A DNA stretch of 64,000 nucleotides from Octopus vulgaris (GCA_951406725.2 OX597830.1:58094001-58158000), one strand, 5' to 3'. Positions 1 to 12,624 are shown, counted from the stretch's first letter. The notes: generated by a model not told the origin, from the sequence alone. Numbers and translations: made by a program.

Positions 1-340
1 AAGAAGCTCGCCCTGCAACCATGTGGTTTCGAGTTCAGACTCATTGCGCGGCATCTTAGGTATAGCCCTAGATCGACCAATGCTTTGCGAGTAAATTTAG
101 TAGCTGGAAACTGTGAGGAAGCCCCTCGTATATGTGTACTTGTATTCATTCCACCACAACTTCGCAAGCAATGTTGGTTTGTTTACGTCCTGGAAGCTTA
201 ATGGTTAAGGAAAAAATACCAACAGAATAAGTACCAGGCTTGAAAAAGTAAGTACTAGGGGCGATTTGTTCGACTAAACCCTTCAAGACGGTGCCGCCCC
301 AGCATGGCCGCAGTCCAATGTCTGAAACAAGTAAAAGAAA
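1..340 (+). mobile_element. tRNA-derived CORE-type SINE (family A), 5' end outside the window
   Basis: B-box-like GAGTTCAGACTC, diverged core, and the same 3' body as copies at 19608 and 34432. Confidence 0.75.
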
Positions 341-473
341 ACAAGTCGCAACAGTTCGAAGTGGTATGATGTTTATTATGGTGGGCGAATATGCGATGGA
401 TCGAATCACAGCACCAGTGCTACAGTTCTACTGACAGAAATCTAGTCCATATATATATATATATATATATATA

Positions 474-2522
474 TTAGAGTTGTTAGATCAGGTAATGAAG
501 GTTACGGAGAGGGTCATAGCCCAACTAATTAGGGAGAGAGTCAGTTTAGATGAGATGCAGTTTGGGTTCGTGCCAGGGAAAAGCACCACTGATGCTATAT
601 TTCTGGGAAGACAGCTGCAGGAGAAATACCTAGCCAAAGATAAGCCCCTGTACCTGGCTTTTGTTGACATGGAGAAAGCCTTCGACAGGGTCCCCCGATC
701 CCTTATCTGGTGGTCAATGAGGAAACTAGAGATAGATGAATGGTTAGCGAGAGCTGTGCAAGCCATGTACAGGGACGCTGTCAGTAAGGTAAGGGTTGGC
801 AACAAGTACAGTGAAGAATTCCAGGTGGAGGTAGGGGTCCACCAAGGTTCAGTCTTTAGCCCCCTCCTATTTATCATAGTCCTCCAGGCAATAACAGAAG
901 AATTCAAGACAGGATGCCCCTAGGAGCTCCTCTATGCTGGTGACCTTGCTCTAATTGCTGTGTCACTATCAGAACTCGAGGTGAAGTTTCAGGTGTGGAA
1001 ACAATGATTAGAATCAAAGGGCATTAGAGTCAACCTAACTAAAATCAAAGTCCTAATATGTAGGAAGGCAGGCAAACCACAAATCCCTTCAGGTCGATGG
1101 CCCTGCTCGATCTGTAGTAGAGGCGTAGGTAGAAACTCCATAAGATGTATCCAGTGTAAGCTATGGACACATAAGAGGTGCAGTAATATCAAAGGAAGGC
1201 TAACTGGGAAGATAGTTTTTGTATGTGGCAGATGCTCAGGAGCAATAAGCACTGAAAATATGCAGAGAACACCTTCCGCCACATTCCAGGGAGAAAAACT
1301 AGAAGTAGTTGATAGCTTCTGTTACCTAGGTGACCAAGTCAGTTGCGGGGGTGGGTGCACTGAAGTGTAGCTGCTAGAAAAAGAATAGCTTGGGCAAAGT
1401 TCAGAGAGCTCTTACCTCTGCTGGTGACAAAGGGCCTCTCTCTCAGAGTAAAAGATAGACTGTATGACGCATGTGTATGAATAGCCATGCTACATGGCTG
1501 CTGAGGACATGCGTAAGCTCGCAAGGAATGAAGCTAGGATGTGTAATGTCAGTGTGCATACTTGACAGAGTGTAAGTGCCTTGAGAGAAAAGTTGGACCT
1601 AAGAAGCATTAGATGTGGTGTGCAAGAGAGACGACTGCGCTGGTATGGTCATGTGGCGTGCAAGAGAGACGACTGCACTGGTATGGTCATGTGGCGAGAA
1701 TGGATGAGGATAGCTGTGTGAAAAAGTACCACACCCTAGTGGTTGAGGGAACCTGTAGAAGAGGTAGACCCAGGAAGACCTGGGATGAAGTGGTGAAGCA
1801 CGACCTTCGAACTTTAGGCCTCACCGAGGTAATGACTAGTGACTGAGACTTTTGGAAATATGCTGTGCTCGAGAAGATCCGGCAAGCCAAATGAGACCAT
1901 AATCTCGTGGCCTATGCCAGGGGCGTAACCAGCCCACTTATGCGTACCTTTTCTTCTTTGGACACTAAACTCTGCTTGCGAAGACCTGTTGAGGCAAGTG
2001 AAATCGAAATCAAATTCGATGACTGGCATCGTGCTAGTGGGGCACTAAGAGCACCATCCAAGCTTGATCGTTGACAGAGCAGCTAACTGGCTTCATTGTT
2101 GGTGGCACGTAAAAGCCACCATTTGAGCGTGATCATTACCAGCATCGCCTTACTGGCACTTATGCCCCATGCTAGTGGGGCGCAAAGAGCACCATCTGAG
2201 CATGATCGTTGCCAGAGCAGCTAACTTGGCTTCCGTGCCGGTGGCACGTAAAAGTCGAGCGTGATTATTACCAAAGTCGCCTTACTGGCACTTGTGCCAG
2301 TGACACATGAAAAAACATTCGAGTGAGGTCGTTGCCAGTACCACCTGACTGGCCCCTGTGCCGGTGGCGCGTAGAAGCACCCACTATGCTCTCGGAGTGG
2401 TTGGCATTAGGAAGGGCATCAAGCTGTAGAAACTCTGACAGATCAAGATTGGACCCTGATGCCGCCAATCCCCAGTCAAATCGTCCAACCCATGCTAACA
2501 TCATTAAACGATGATGATGATA
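474..2522 (+). mobile_element. 5'-truncated, decayed RTE-clade LINE (RT, PHD-like insert, C-terminus, 3' UTR, (GAT)n tail)
   Basis: QFGFVPGKSTTDAIF, FVDMEKAFDRV, GVHQGSVFSPLLF, LYAGD (from YADD), YLG, RLHWYGHVARM, RGRPRKTW; in-frame stops at 921 and 1006; 38-bp internal duplication 1621-1696; tail ends GATGATGATGAT. Confidence 0.92.
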
Positions 2523-2525
2523 TTA

Positions 2526-3802
2526 CAGAGTTTGGACAAAAAAATGGAAACACCTAGCATTATAATTTTGAAATATCTATAAAACCATCAAAAGCTTGTT
2601 TCTTTTTATGCTTTTTTATTTATTATTAGAGTTGCTTAATATGTTTTTCTAAAATTGCTGTTTCTTTTCAGATATCACCAGAAAAAGGTAATTAAAATTC
2701 ATTAAAATGACAGATCTATCAAACTTTCAAAGAAGTCAAATTGTTGGTGCTTGTATGGCAGGCACTAGCGCAATGAAAACAGCCGAAATGTTTTGTGTAT
2801 CAAGAAGTAATGACAGCCTTTGCGAAAGAGGGAAAAACCTCCTCATCAAAACAAACCTCTGGAAGAAAACCAAAACTTTCAGATAGGGACCTTTGGACTC
2901 TTAGGCGAATTGTTGGAAACGATCACAAAAGTACAGCTCCCAAAATTACTGCAGAGCTTAATGACCACCTCGAGAACCCAGTTTCCGCAAAAATTGTTCG
3001 CCGGGAGTTGCACAGAGCTGGATTTTACAGGAGGGATGCAATCACAAAAACCCACTACTTTGAAAAACAAATGTTTCAAAGCATGTAGAGTGGTGTAAAA
3101 ACCTACAGAATTGGTCCCTAAATCAGTGGAAGAATGTTATTTTCTCGGATGAGTCATCCTTTACCTTATTTCCAACCACCGACCAAATATACATGTGGAG
3201 ACAGCCAAAAGAAGCATTTGACCTAAACTGCCTTCTTCCAACTGTTAAACGTGGAAGAGGATCGGTGATGATCTGGGGGTGGGGTGGGGGCTATATCACA
3301 AAAGGGGTTGTAGAGAAATCTGCCGGCCCAATGGCTTCCCTTCGTGGTAGAATTAATAGTCAAGACTATTTAAGCATTTTATCTGATCAAATTCATCCTA
3401 TGGTTGCGGAACTGCTTCCGGGGGGAAACGCATTCTTTCAGGATGATAATGCACCAATTGACACAACTAAAGTTGTTACTGAATGGCACGAAGAACATTC
3501 TATTAAAGTTGAACTTCTTATCTGCCTACCACAGTCCCCGGGTCTCAATATCATTGAACATTTATGGAGCATTTTAGAAAAACAAGTAAGGAGTCGATAT
3601 CCTCCACCATCATCACTACAAGAACTGGAGACTGTTTTAGCTGAAGAATGGTCAAAAATTCCTTTGGAAACAATTCAAACTTTGTACGAGTTCATATCTC
3701 GTAGAGTTCAAGCTGTAATTACTGCCAAAGGCGGTCCTACCCCCTATTAAAATAAATTTGTTTGAAATTTTAAGTTGTTTCCATTATTTTGTCCAACCCC
3801 TG
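2526..3802 (+). mobile_element. Tc1/mariner transposon with DD36E spacing (Incomer-like), frameshifted
   Basis: TA flanks; ~30-bp TIRs CAG(A/G)G(T/G)TTGGACAAAA(A/T)AATGGAAACA; transposase from ATG 2707 to stop 3750 with IFSDES, FQDDNAP and SPGLNIIEHLW motifs. Confidence 0.93.
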
Positions 3803-4924
3803 TATATACACATATACAGAGGCTGACTGTAACTTTAAACACTTGAACTGCCAAATAATTAACTTCTATTCTGAGAACAAATCTCATTTATGAAAAATAC
3901 TTTCGCGAAGCCAGCATGTGTTTGACTAGGCTATGCAACAAGTTATTTCTCTCAGCTTATATTTGTTTAAATTATGCACGTTACTTGGGCAATGAGTTTT
4001 TTTCCCTGTATATATTCTGTCCCTTGGTTACTGGAGATAAAGTCGAACAATTGCGCTCATGACAACAATTGAACCAGAAAACGTATCAATGTCTGTCCTT
4101 TCATCTCTAGACAAGCATTTTTATTTAATGGAATGTGAACTTTGGCGATTTCTTGATTGAGGTTATCTCCCCTCCTTATAAATAGCTGTTCTTCATTGTC
4201 CTTTGGTAATTATGAGACATCATTTCGAGCAGAGATAATTCTAATAAGTCAAGAATTTATGTTGTATTTATCTGTGCCTAAATATATCTCAAGTGACACA
4301 TCAAATTCGTTAACTGGTTTTCTTCTTGTTATTTCTAAATATAATTTTGTATATCTACATGCAAGTGAATGACATATTGCTTTCACAAAAGGGGTTGTAG
4401 AGAAATCCACTGCACCATTAAACTCAATAGCAACGAATATGTAAAAGTAATTATGTTTATAGAGAATATAAGTGTTTAGAAAAATATGCTGCATGAGAAG
4501 TTACAAAGGAATGAGTTACTAGCTTTTATCTTTGTACTGTCGTTAGACCAAAATATTGTAGTTAGTAATTATTGTAGATATGCACTATTTTCTTTGACCA
4601 TACGAACTTTTCTTTGGCTTAATTTTATTTATTTATTGCTGAGAATATTTAGCATTTCATTAAATAATGAAATAAGCTCTAAATATTCCAAGCACTAGAA
4701 AAAAAAACTTGCATCTGGTAGCGGGACCCTAGTTCAGAAGTTCCAGGATTTTGAAGAGTGTGGGACCATCTCTTAGCTACTATTGTTCTCATGTCTACTC
4801 TGATCCAGAAGAGTAGCACTGTCAGGGTTCCAGCTCTTGGGTGAAATAATATGCAATCATCCAAACTACAGTATATTGAAAGCATGGTGGATGCGAGTTA
4901 TTCCGGCAAATGAATTTATTAAAT

Positions 4925-5010
4925 CTTTTCTACTCTAGGCACAAGGCCCGAAATTTTGGGGGAGGGGGGCCAGTCGATTACATTGACCCCAGTTAGCAAC
5001 TGGTACTTAT
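4925..5010 (-). mobile_element. tRNA-SINE family B, 3' fragment
   Basis: Reverse complement of the 3' half of the 5240-5455 copy. Confidence 0.75.
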
Positions 5011-5239
5011 TCTTTTTTTACAAGAAAATCTACGGTGAAGTCTTATATTTGTATAAAAAATATATTTATGTGGAGAAGTATTTAATCAGCCTGAACACAT
5101 GACTGATGGTTGCAAATTTTAGAAACCACGGAAGGATATGAAAAGCAAGTGGAACTGCCGGCAGAATGGAACCAAAGCAGTTTGCCATCCGCACTCTCTC
5201 GAATCTGCAAGACCATTGCATTAATTGTATTATCAAGAA

Positions 5240-5455
5240 GGCTGCGAGCTGGCAGAAACGTTAGCACGCCGAGCGAAATGCTTAACAGTATTTTGTCTGA
5301 CTTTACATTCTGAGTTCAAATTCCGAAGTCGACTTTGCCTTTCATCCTTTCGGGGTTGATAAATTAAGTACCAGTTACACACTGGAGTCGATCTAATCGA
5401 CTGGCCCCCCACCCCAAAAATTTCAGGCCTTGTGCCTAGAGTAGAAAAGAATATT
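5240..5455 (+). mobile_element. tRNA-SINE family B, near full length
   Basis: GAGCTGGCAGAA..TTAGC head, GAGTTCAAATTCC B box, GTCGACTTTGCCTTTCATCCTTTCGGGG..AAGTACCAG central domain; at least 10 more copies in the window. Confidence 0.85.
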
Positions 5456-7741
5456 ATCATGAGGCCCAGAATTAGTGGGATGGGTATAGTCGACTCAGCA
5501 CTAAAACTGGTACATCCTACTTTTGACGGCTTATACGACACCACCCGATCTCCCACCTAAAAGAGGATCCCAGAAAGTCAACCAGCGCCTTATAAACTCA
5601 ACGTTAGGCTTTGGATTCGTTATAAATGAGGCTCAAGTACCGCAATGCCAGGAAAAAGGAACTGCAAACACCTTTCTTACAAAATTTCCAGCATAAGTAT
5701 TTTTTAAAGTAGCATATCAATATCACGTATATAACCACTCAGGTGGAAGTTTAAACGACGACTTCACTTGTGAAACAACCAAGTGGTCGGTTCAGTAAGC
5801 AAGGGGAGCGACCGTTAACCCCGAGCAATTTGGCGCTTTTCAACATTAAAAATTCTTTAGTTACCTATGTCAGTAGTTGAAAGTTTTATACATAAAGACA
5901 TCGTTTCGGAAACATAAATGCAAGATTATAAATACAAGAAATGTTAATTCACTGTTTTTAAAATTTCGGGAAATTTATATTGCGAAGGGAGAAAACTCCT
6001 TAGACATTATTTCGTTTTCTGAACTTAACCACTTCAACTTTATAATTAACTTCGTTCCAAATATTCAGTCATTAAATTAATTAAATTATGAATTCACATA
6101 GAAATAATATTATAAACGGCTTTTACATACTTGCTGTTGAGAACTGACAGACGAATTTTTGAAATGTTTAACAATTTAGGTGTAACCGGTAATTTAACAT
6201 GTCATTCTGAATAAATCATTTACGAAAAAAAAAAACCCAAATGGCCTTAGTTTTGATTTTATTATTATTTTTTATTCGCCACAATGTTACTTTACCTCGG
6301 TAGTTTTGAGTTCGATACTAGATGTGTTCTGCTACTTGTATTTGGTTCGCTTGAAATAGTTTTTGTTTCTTCTTTTTGGTTTTACCTAATGTAGGGTTAG
6401 AATTCTTTGCTTCTATGGTAGTCTTTTCTTTCTTCTTTAATTCTACGATCTTTAGCAACTTTTCTACTTTGCTCAAAATTTGAAACTCGAAATTACAAAT
6501 CGCTATTCGAATGTATTAACCTCTTCATTGCGCGCTTTAGAACTGGAGGAGTAAACACGACTTCACACTGTTAGATAAACTAACTTTTTCATAATGTTCT
6601 TGCATATCATGAGGATTATGGAAACTTTGTTGTTATAGAAACAGATTATTTATGTTAGTGGTAGTAACATTACGGCACAATTCTGTTTCATTTCTACAAA
6701 TTGGGTCTTCAAATACCCAAAAGATAGTCAATTACTAGAGGACTTTTTTTATTACCCCCAGGGGGCCAACGACGACAGGACATAAAAAAACAAGGAAAAA
6801 TTCAATAAAAATGAGAAAATAGAAATTAAACGTCTGATAACATGAATGATACAATGAAAATGAAAATGTGCCATTTGTCCCACCTCAAGCAGCATCACTT
6901 GCTTCCTTTTATCTTTTGAATTCCGTTTCCTTCAAAATGTCTATACCATATTTCTTTGTTAGCTCCTCATTTCCCACAATGTCCGGAATCGTCTTTAAAA
7001 CCCAATCACCCTCCAACACTTATAACCTTTCTTGAATTTCAACATTTCTTCCTTTTGGTTTTCCGACACCAAAACACACGAGTGCCATCCAACTATATTA
7101 TTCCATCCTTCAACATTAACGAATCTTGCAGTCTTCCATTTTGTAGTCTTGTTAAGCAGTTCCTTGTCAACACCTTCCGCCATCATACAGACGTATCAGT
7201 TTTCAAAGGGGAATTTCGTATATTCTGGTGAGTTTATCTTTCTTTTTTCTTTTGCTTTGTGTAGGAGGGGAATGGGTGAGTTTGGTGTCTGTGCGGGGAG
7301 GGGAGGTCAGAGAGGGTATGGGTGAGGTGGGCATGGTTTGGGGTTCGCCAAAGGAGATCGATAAAAATCACTTAGCGATTCTCTCGGACTCTCTCTCGCT
7401 TTCTCTTACTCTCTATCTTTCTCTATCTATCTCTCTCCCATTTATATAAAATTAGATTTCCGCGCTTAAATTATAAATCCGCTTCCACTTTACCATGTTG
7501 AAAATTAGATTGAAATCGGGCAAAAGGTGTCCAACCTAGACCCCCAACTGTCCCCAAAAATCAATAAAATCCCCGTTTTCACACCAAAGCAGCCACTGTA
7601 GCGCCCCAAAACGTCTCTCAATCAATTTATCACCTCAAGTTACCCCCTCCTGTAAATTTTAATCTCCTTCCAGCCCCATTTAGACCCCTTTTTACATAAA
7701 AATCCAATTTGTATCAACGTTCGCCTTCTTCATTTTATAGA

Positions 7742-7978
7742 TTAGACATATACACCCGGCCTTGCTCGAGATTAAAATAGTTTATTATTGTTTTACTTGT
7801 TCCGGTATTATAACCCGATTTCATTCTGGTCTACGCGGGCCACATTTTAAAAGATGAGGAATTTTACCCGAGTGGCAATGCATTTCAATTGAGCAAAATT
7901 AAAGTTGCCATACAAACTCGCTAACACTTTTAACATAGGTGTGCATATTTTCAGCTCAATCCGACCACATATGCACAC

Positions 7979-8023
<45 letters not shown>

Positions 8024-8638
8024 GCATTAAATATGTACATATATACGCATTATATATACATGTCTACACACACACATATATATATACACACATATATATA
8101 TATAAATATATACACTTTATACACACACACACAATATATAAATTAACACAATATATCTGATTAATAATATCTTTTATGATTGTGCGGTGGTGGTGGGCAA
8201 TAATAATTCACCGTCCTAAAAGACTTGTGGCGGGAATATTTAAACTTTTGCGGCTGTCAACGCTTTCTCTCTATAGATATAGACAGAGGTACAGTGAGAG
8301 AGATGGTGGAAGAAAGAGTGACAGAGAGACGGCGAAGCTGTCAAACGTCGTTATAGAGAAAAAGTGAAGGGAAGGGTGGAAAGAGAGAGATCGAGGAAGA
8401 GAGGGTGATATCCAAAAGAGAGAAACGACAAACACTTGTCAAAGTGTGGATTTTGTTGCCCTAGTAATCACAGCTTTTGAGATAGGGTTTTCTAACCTAG
8501 TCCACTCACTTCCTCGCCTCTTTTTACATGCCCCTGTAAATTTTGGAGCCAGTCCGACGCCATCTAGTGCCCCTTAATCCATTCCAATCGCAAAATGAGA
8601 CAAACAAACTTTTCGCATTTCAGCTTTATAGATATTGA
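7742..8638 (-). mobile_element. Non-autonomous Helitron-like element containing (TA)n/(CA)n
   Basis: One end TTAG..CCCGGCCTTGCTCGAG (degenerate CTAG plus hairpin); other end ACAAACAAAC..CAGCTTTATAGATATTGA (5' TC on minus strand); Lep1-like architecture. Confidence 0.5.
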
Positions 8639-8738
8639 TCAAATTCGCGTTAATAGTAATAATATGTAAGTGTAGAAGGCGCTCATGACGAAATGTGTTC
8701 ATTCATTAATTTTTCCTTGATTGTTTGTTTGCTTGCCT

Positions 8739-8853
8739 GTATGTATGTATGTATGTATGTATGTATGTATGTATGTATGTATGTATGTATGTATGTATGT
8801 ATGTATGTATGTATGTATATGTGTGTGTATGTATGTATGTATGTATGTATGTA

Positions 8854-8888
<35 letters not shown>

Positions 8889-8938
8889 ATGTATGTATGT
8901 GTGTGTGTGTGTATGTATGTATGCATGCATGCATGCAT
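8739..8938. repeat. (TATG)n/(TG)n compound microsatellite
   Basis: Direct reading; source of the spurious MYVC/HTYI ORFs. Confidence 0.95.
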
Positions 8939-9149
8939 ATATTTCTTCTATTTCAAGGAGATGGTTTCTAACAATGATACAAAGCTCCATCTTTTGCAAC
9001 ATGGATAACAAAGACAGGGTCACGTTTGGAACTTGGGAAAAAGCCTTGCATATTTTTCGTGTTCCGCGAAGAGATTGTATTTGTAACGTGCTTGTTGGCA
9101 GATTGATTTCTTTTCTTATCTACCCCCCCACCCCGGTTTTCCAGATTGT

Positions 9150-9790
9150 TACGAAGGAATTTACAAGAAAAAAAACAAAAACGAAAAATTCCAAGGGTGC
9201 CACTTATTATTGGTATACTTGTGAATTTCTAATCTGAAGATAGAAGCTGGAAGTTTCAAAGCAGTTAGCCGTAGTCATCCTTTTTTCTTTGATTTTCGCG
9301 GAGATATTCATCAGACGGTTGCTGACTTCTATGACGGTACTATTTTCTTTTCTGTTCCAAACGATATTCAGCCTCTGATGTTTGTACTTGGTAGAAGTTT
9401 TGGTGGCAGTGTTCCGTCAATATTCTTTGTATTGATGTTTATGTATGTATTCAACAGCAGGAAGATTCTCTGTATTTATTCCAGGACATTTTTTTTGTTT
9501 TGTTTTTTCAGATGGCTTTGTATATTGTTTTAGCAACAATGTAGTGTCACATTGGAGGTTGTACCTTGATGGCGTTTTTAGGCAGCTGCATATCACATGT
9601 GTGATGTCTTTCACAGAAATGTGACAGAATCGACATTTTCGGTTGCATCTTAGGACTCCAGGGGCTTCTTTGGGCCTTTCGTCAATTAGGAATTTGTAAC
9701 AATCTCTTTTGTTATTAAGTGACATCGGGGATTCAAAAAGCTCGTAGAGTTATTTTTCATTGCAGGCAAATAATAGGTTCCCAGAAAGAG
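9150..9790 (-). mobile_element. Decayed C-terminus of an RLE-type non-LTR retrotransposon (R4/Dong/NeSL-like)
   Basis: CRFC-x7-HVICSC CCHC knuckle, followed across frameshifts by sequence resembling the RHD and endonuclease region. Confidence 0.65.
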
Positions 9791-9806
9791 GCAAATTGTT
9801 AACACT

Positions 9807-9941
9807 CAGGGGCGGACCCACGAAGGGGGTGCTGAGGGGCACGTGCTCCCAGGAAAAGAAGTGCACCCTTCTAAATAATGCTATTACGCCATTTTCTCCT
9901 GGAATTGTATTCCCTTCGAAAAATTCCTGGGACCGGCCCTG
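9807..9941. mobile_element. Short MITE with GC-rich TIRs (Harbinger- or hAT-like)
   Basis: CAGGGGCGGACCCA ... TGGGACCGGCCCTG imperfect inverted ends. Confidence 0.55.
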
Positions 9942-10828
9942 ATACTGAGATCTTGACGAAGGTGGGATGCAGGTTGGCGGTGACACCATTGACGAGCAAT
10001 GAATGCTGATATATGAAGTTTAAAGAAGAGGAAATCAGCACGGAAGACGAATCACACAGTGAAAGACTATCAACTACGACCACTGATATGTATTGCTTGT
10101 GAGCGGACGAATTGATCCGCGTAGGCAGATGGATGATAATCCGTAAGCTTACTGCAAACTGGACAATGGCCACAATGCATTACAGAAGATATGAAAGACT
10201 TCAAGTATCGGAAAGTGTGTGACATTCAGTTTGAAAGCGAGAAAGTTAGAAGTCTGCTTTGACCAGCTTGAAACATTTGAAGCCAATAGAAATAGGTTTT
10301 TTTCTCCCGATTGGGTGACAGGGAATGAAGCAGGCGCTTAGTCCATGGAATGGAATCAAAATGGTTCATTGACTGCTCCTCAGAGAATATATAACTGTGA
10401 AAGAAACATAAAAGCGTAGATATGTTCCTTCTATTGTTTTGATGTGCGTAAAAGAAAGATAAAGTATCCCGATGGACCATTTTATGTTTGTTGACCGCGT
10501 TTCGGAGAAGACACGTCTGGTTTTATTCTCCAAACACTAGTACTTAATATTCAGCTGAATTATATAAAGTAGTCGTAAATTGGTTTATCACTGAAGTGAA
10601 CAGCTTAATTTGACGACTCGTCATTAATAAAACAATATATATTTTATGAACAATAGAGAATCAGGAAACTGCTGTTCTTTTATTCATCCTTGAAAATCAT
10701 ACAAGGAATGTGTTTACATTTTCATATTTCTTTTTTAACACACACACACACACACACACGTATGTATATAGTCTTTTATTTGTTTCAGCCATGCAGCTGC
10801 GGTCATGCTGGCGCACCACAGTGTGAGA

Positions 10829-10943
10829 TGCTTACAACACCTAAGTTTTCAGTGGTCTCACCCGTCTAAGTACCAACTCGGTACGACGTTGCTTAACTCC
10901 GGTCATCAGATAGAACCGGTGCATTCAACGTGATATGGCCATA
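10829..10943 (-). pseudogene. 5S rRNA pseudogene
   Basis: Minus strand reads TATGGCCATATCACGTTGAATGCACCGGTTCT..GAGTTAAGCAACGTCG..GTACTTAGACGGGTGAGACC..GGTGTTGTAAGCA, collinear with metazoan 5S; solitary, mutated, 5' end abuts (TA)n. Confidence 0.85.
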
Positions 10944-11424
10944 TATATATATATATATGGAAAGCGGATAAAAAAAAGAAATATTTTTTATCGACTTTCC
11001 ATGCTGGGTTCAACGGATCGACAGAGTCTGAATCAGTACTTATTAGGAGGCACTGCTCTCCCAGTCGAAGCAGACGACTATATTTTGTACGAATCATTTA
11101 TGGCCTGGGGTTTACCGCTGGATGGCCTTCCAAACACCAACAAATTTACAGAGTATACTCAATGCATTTTTTTTCTGGGTGTGAGCACTGGAAAAGTAGC
11201 CATGTTCTCGACGAGACGAAAAGAATCCCCTTGATACCATGTCTCTGCTTGTTCATTAATCCCTTTAGAGAATATTCTGGATGGATTTATAGAGGCATAT
11301 AGTGCCCTGTACCACAAATATCTGGGAGTCCTTACCATTCTGCAACATGTTTGTTCTCTTAGGGTGACGTGACTGATGGGGGAGCAAGAAATTAGTGGTA
11401 GACAAGGAATGAAAGAGGTGTGTG

Positions 11425-11479
<55 letters not shown>

Positions 11480-11707
11480 AATTTCTAGAAGGCGTGAGAT
11501 TAATGTGTGGTAATAGAAGTTGATAGTAGGAGCGGCTGATGGCTGTCAGTACGTGGTGGCCTGCGATATGGAAGACGAAAAGGGTAATTGTGGATCAAGC
11601 TCGGAATGGGCGAAAGAGGAATGGTGAAGGTGAAATGTACGAAGCGTCATAAATCCAATGTAGCCCTTGATGGGTATGAGATGTCAAGTGATGAATGGGT
11701 ATGTATG

Positions 11708-11747
<40 letters not shown>

Positions 11748-11919
11748 GAGAGAGAGAGAGAGAGAGAGAAAGAGAGGGCCAGCCCTAAGGTTGCTGGCGC
11801 CCCGGGCAAGCTGATGATCGTGGAAATCTCCTTGTCTTTGTCACGCCCCCTAGGACATAGCACCCCGGGCGACTGCCCGAGTTACCTTGAGCCAGCTCTG
11901 TACACACACACACACACAT

Positions 11920-12170
11920 ATTGGGCATGCTGGAGCACCCAGCTTCAAGTGTTTGGTCAGACAAATCCAGTCCACTACTTATCTTTTAAGTCTGGTCCTT
12001 ATCTTATCGGTCTCTTTTGCCGAACCACTAGGTTACGGGTGACGTAAACAAACCAATATTAGCCGAGAAGTAGTGTGTGGTCAAAAACAAACTCACACAA
12101 AAAGTGCTTCCTAACGGGATTGAACCCGAGACCATGTGGTTGAGAAGCAAACTTCATACCATACAACTAC
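11920..12170 (-). mobile_element. SINE family A, internally deleted
   Basis: Reverse-complement tRNA head (GGGATTGAACCCGAGACCATGTGGTTG) plus 3' body. Confidence 0.65.
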
Positions 12171-12586
12171 ATGTGTGTGTGTGTGTGTGTGCGTGCGCGT
12201 GTGTGAATCCAAAGCTTGAAAGAGACGGGTTTCCGTTAGAGGTCTGCGGAATTTTAAGTCGCATGGAACTGGATCAAACTGTTTCAAATAATACATATAC
12301 TCAATTTTGTATATGCGTAGGTAATTAAATACCTTACAACAGCACAAGTGATGTGGGTGTGCATATCGGTTGAAACATTTGTAGAATTGTAAGATATCTA
12401 GTTACCTAAACCTATATATGGTGTGTTGATTTTATTTTTTAATTGTAGTCTCAAATGTTTTCTTTGATAACTGTAAGTATTAGGGTTGGTTTGTTCCTAA
12501 ACTCTTAAAGGTGGTGCCCCAGCATTGCCGTAGTCCAAAGCCTTGTGAATGGATTTGGTAGTCGGAAACGGAACCCCATCCCGTCG

Positions 12587-12591
12587 TATAT

Positions 12592-12624
<33 letters not shown>

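Noticed and set aside
6290-6540. Possible exon of a divergent minus-strand gene (Lys-rich frame, GAG|GTAAAG donor-like site)
   Set aside because: The frame stops before the donor, no recognisable homology and no partner exons found
9945-10300. Very old RTE-like remnant (EGGMQVGGDTI resembling the pre-YADD motif)
   Set aside because: Too decayed, with multiple stops, to support by eye
11776-11900. Possible GC-rich MITE (AGGGCCAGCCCT...GAGCCAGCTCTG)
   Set aside because: Inverted ends too degenerate and no TSD readable between the flanking microsatellites
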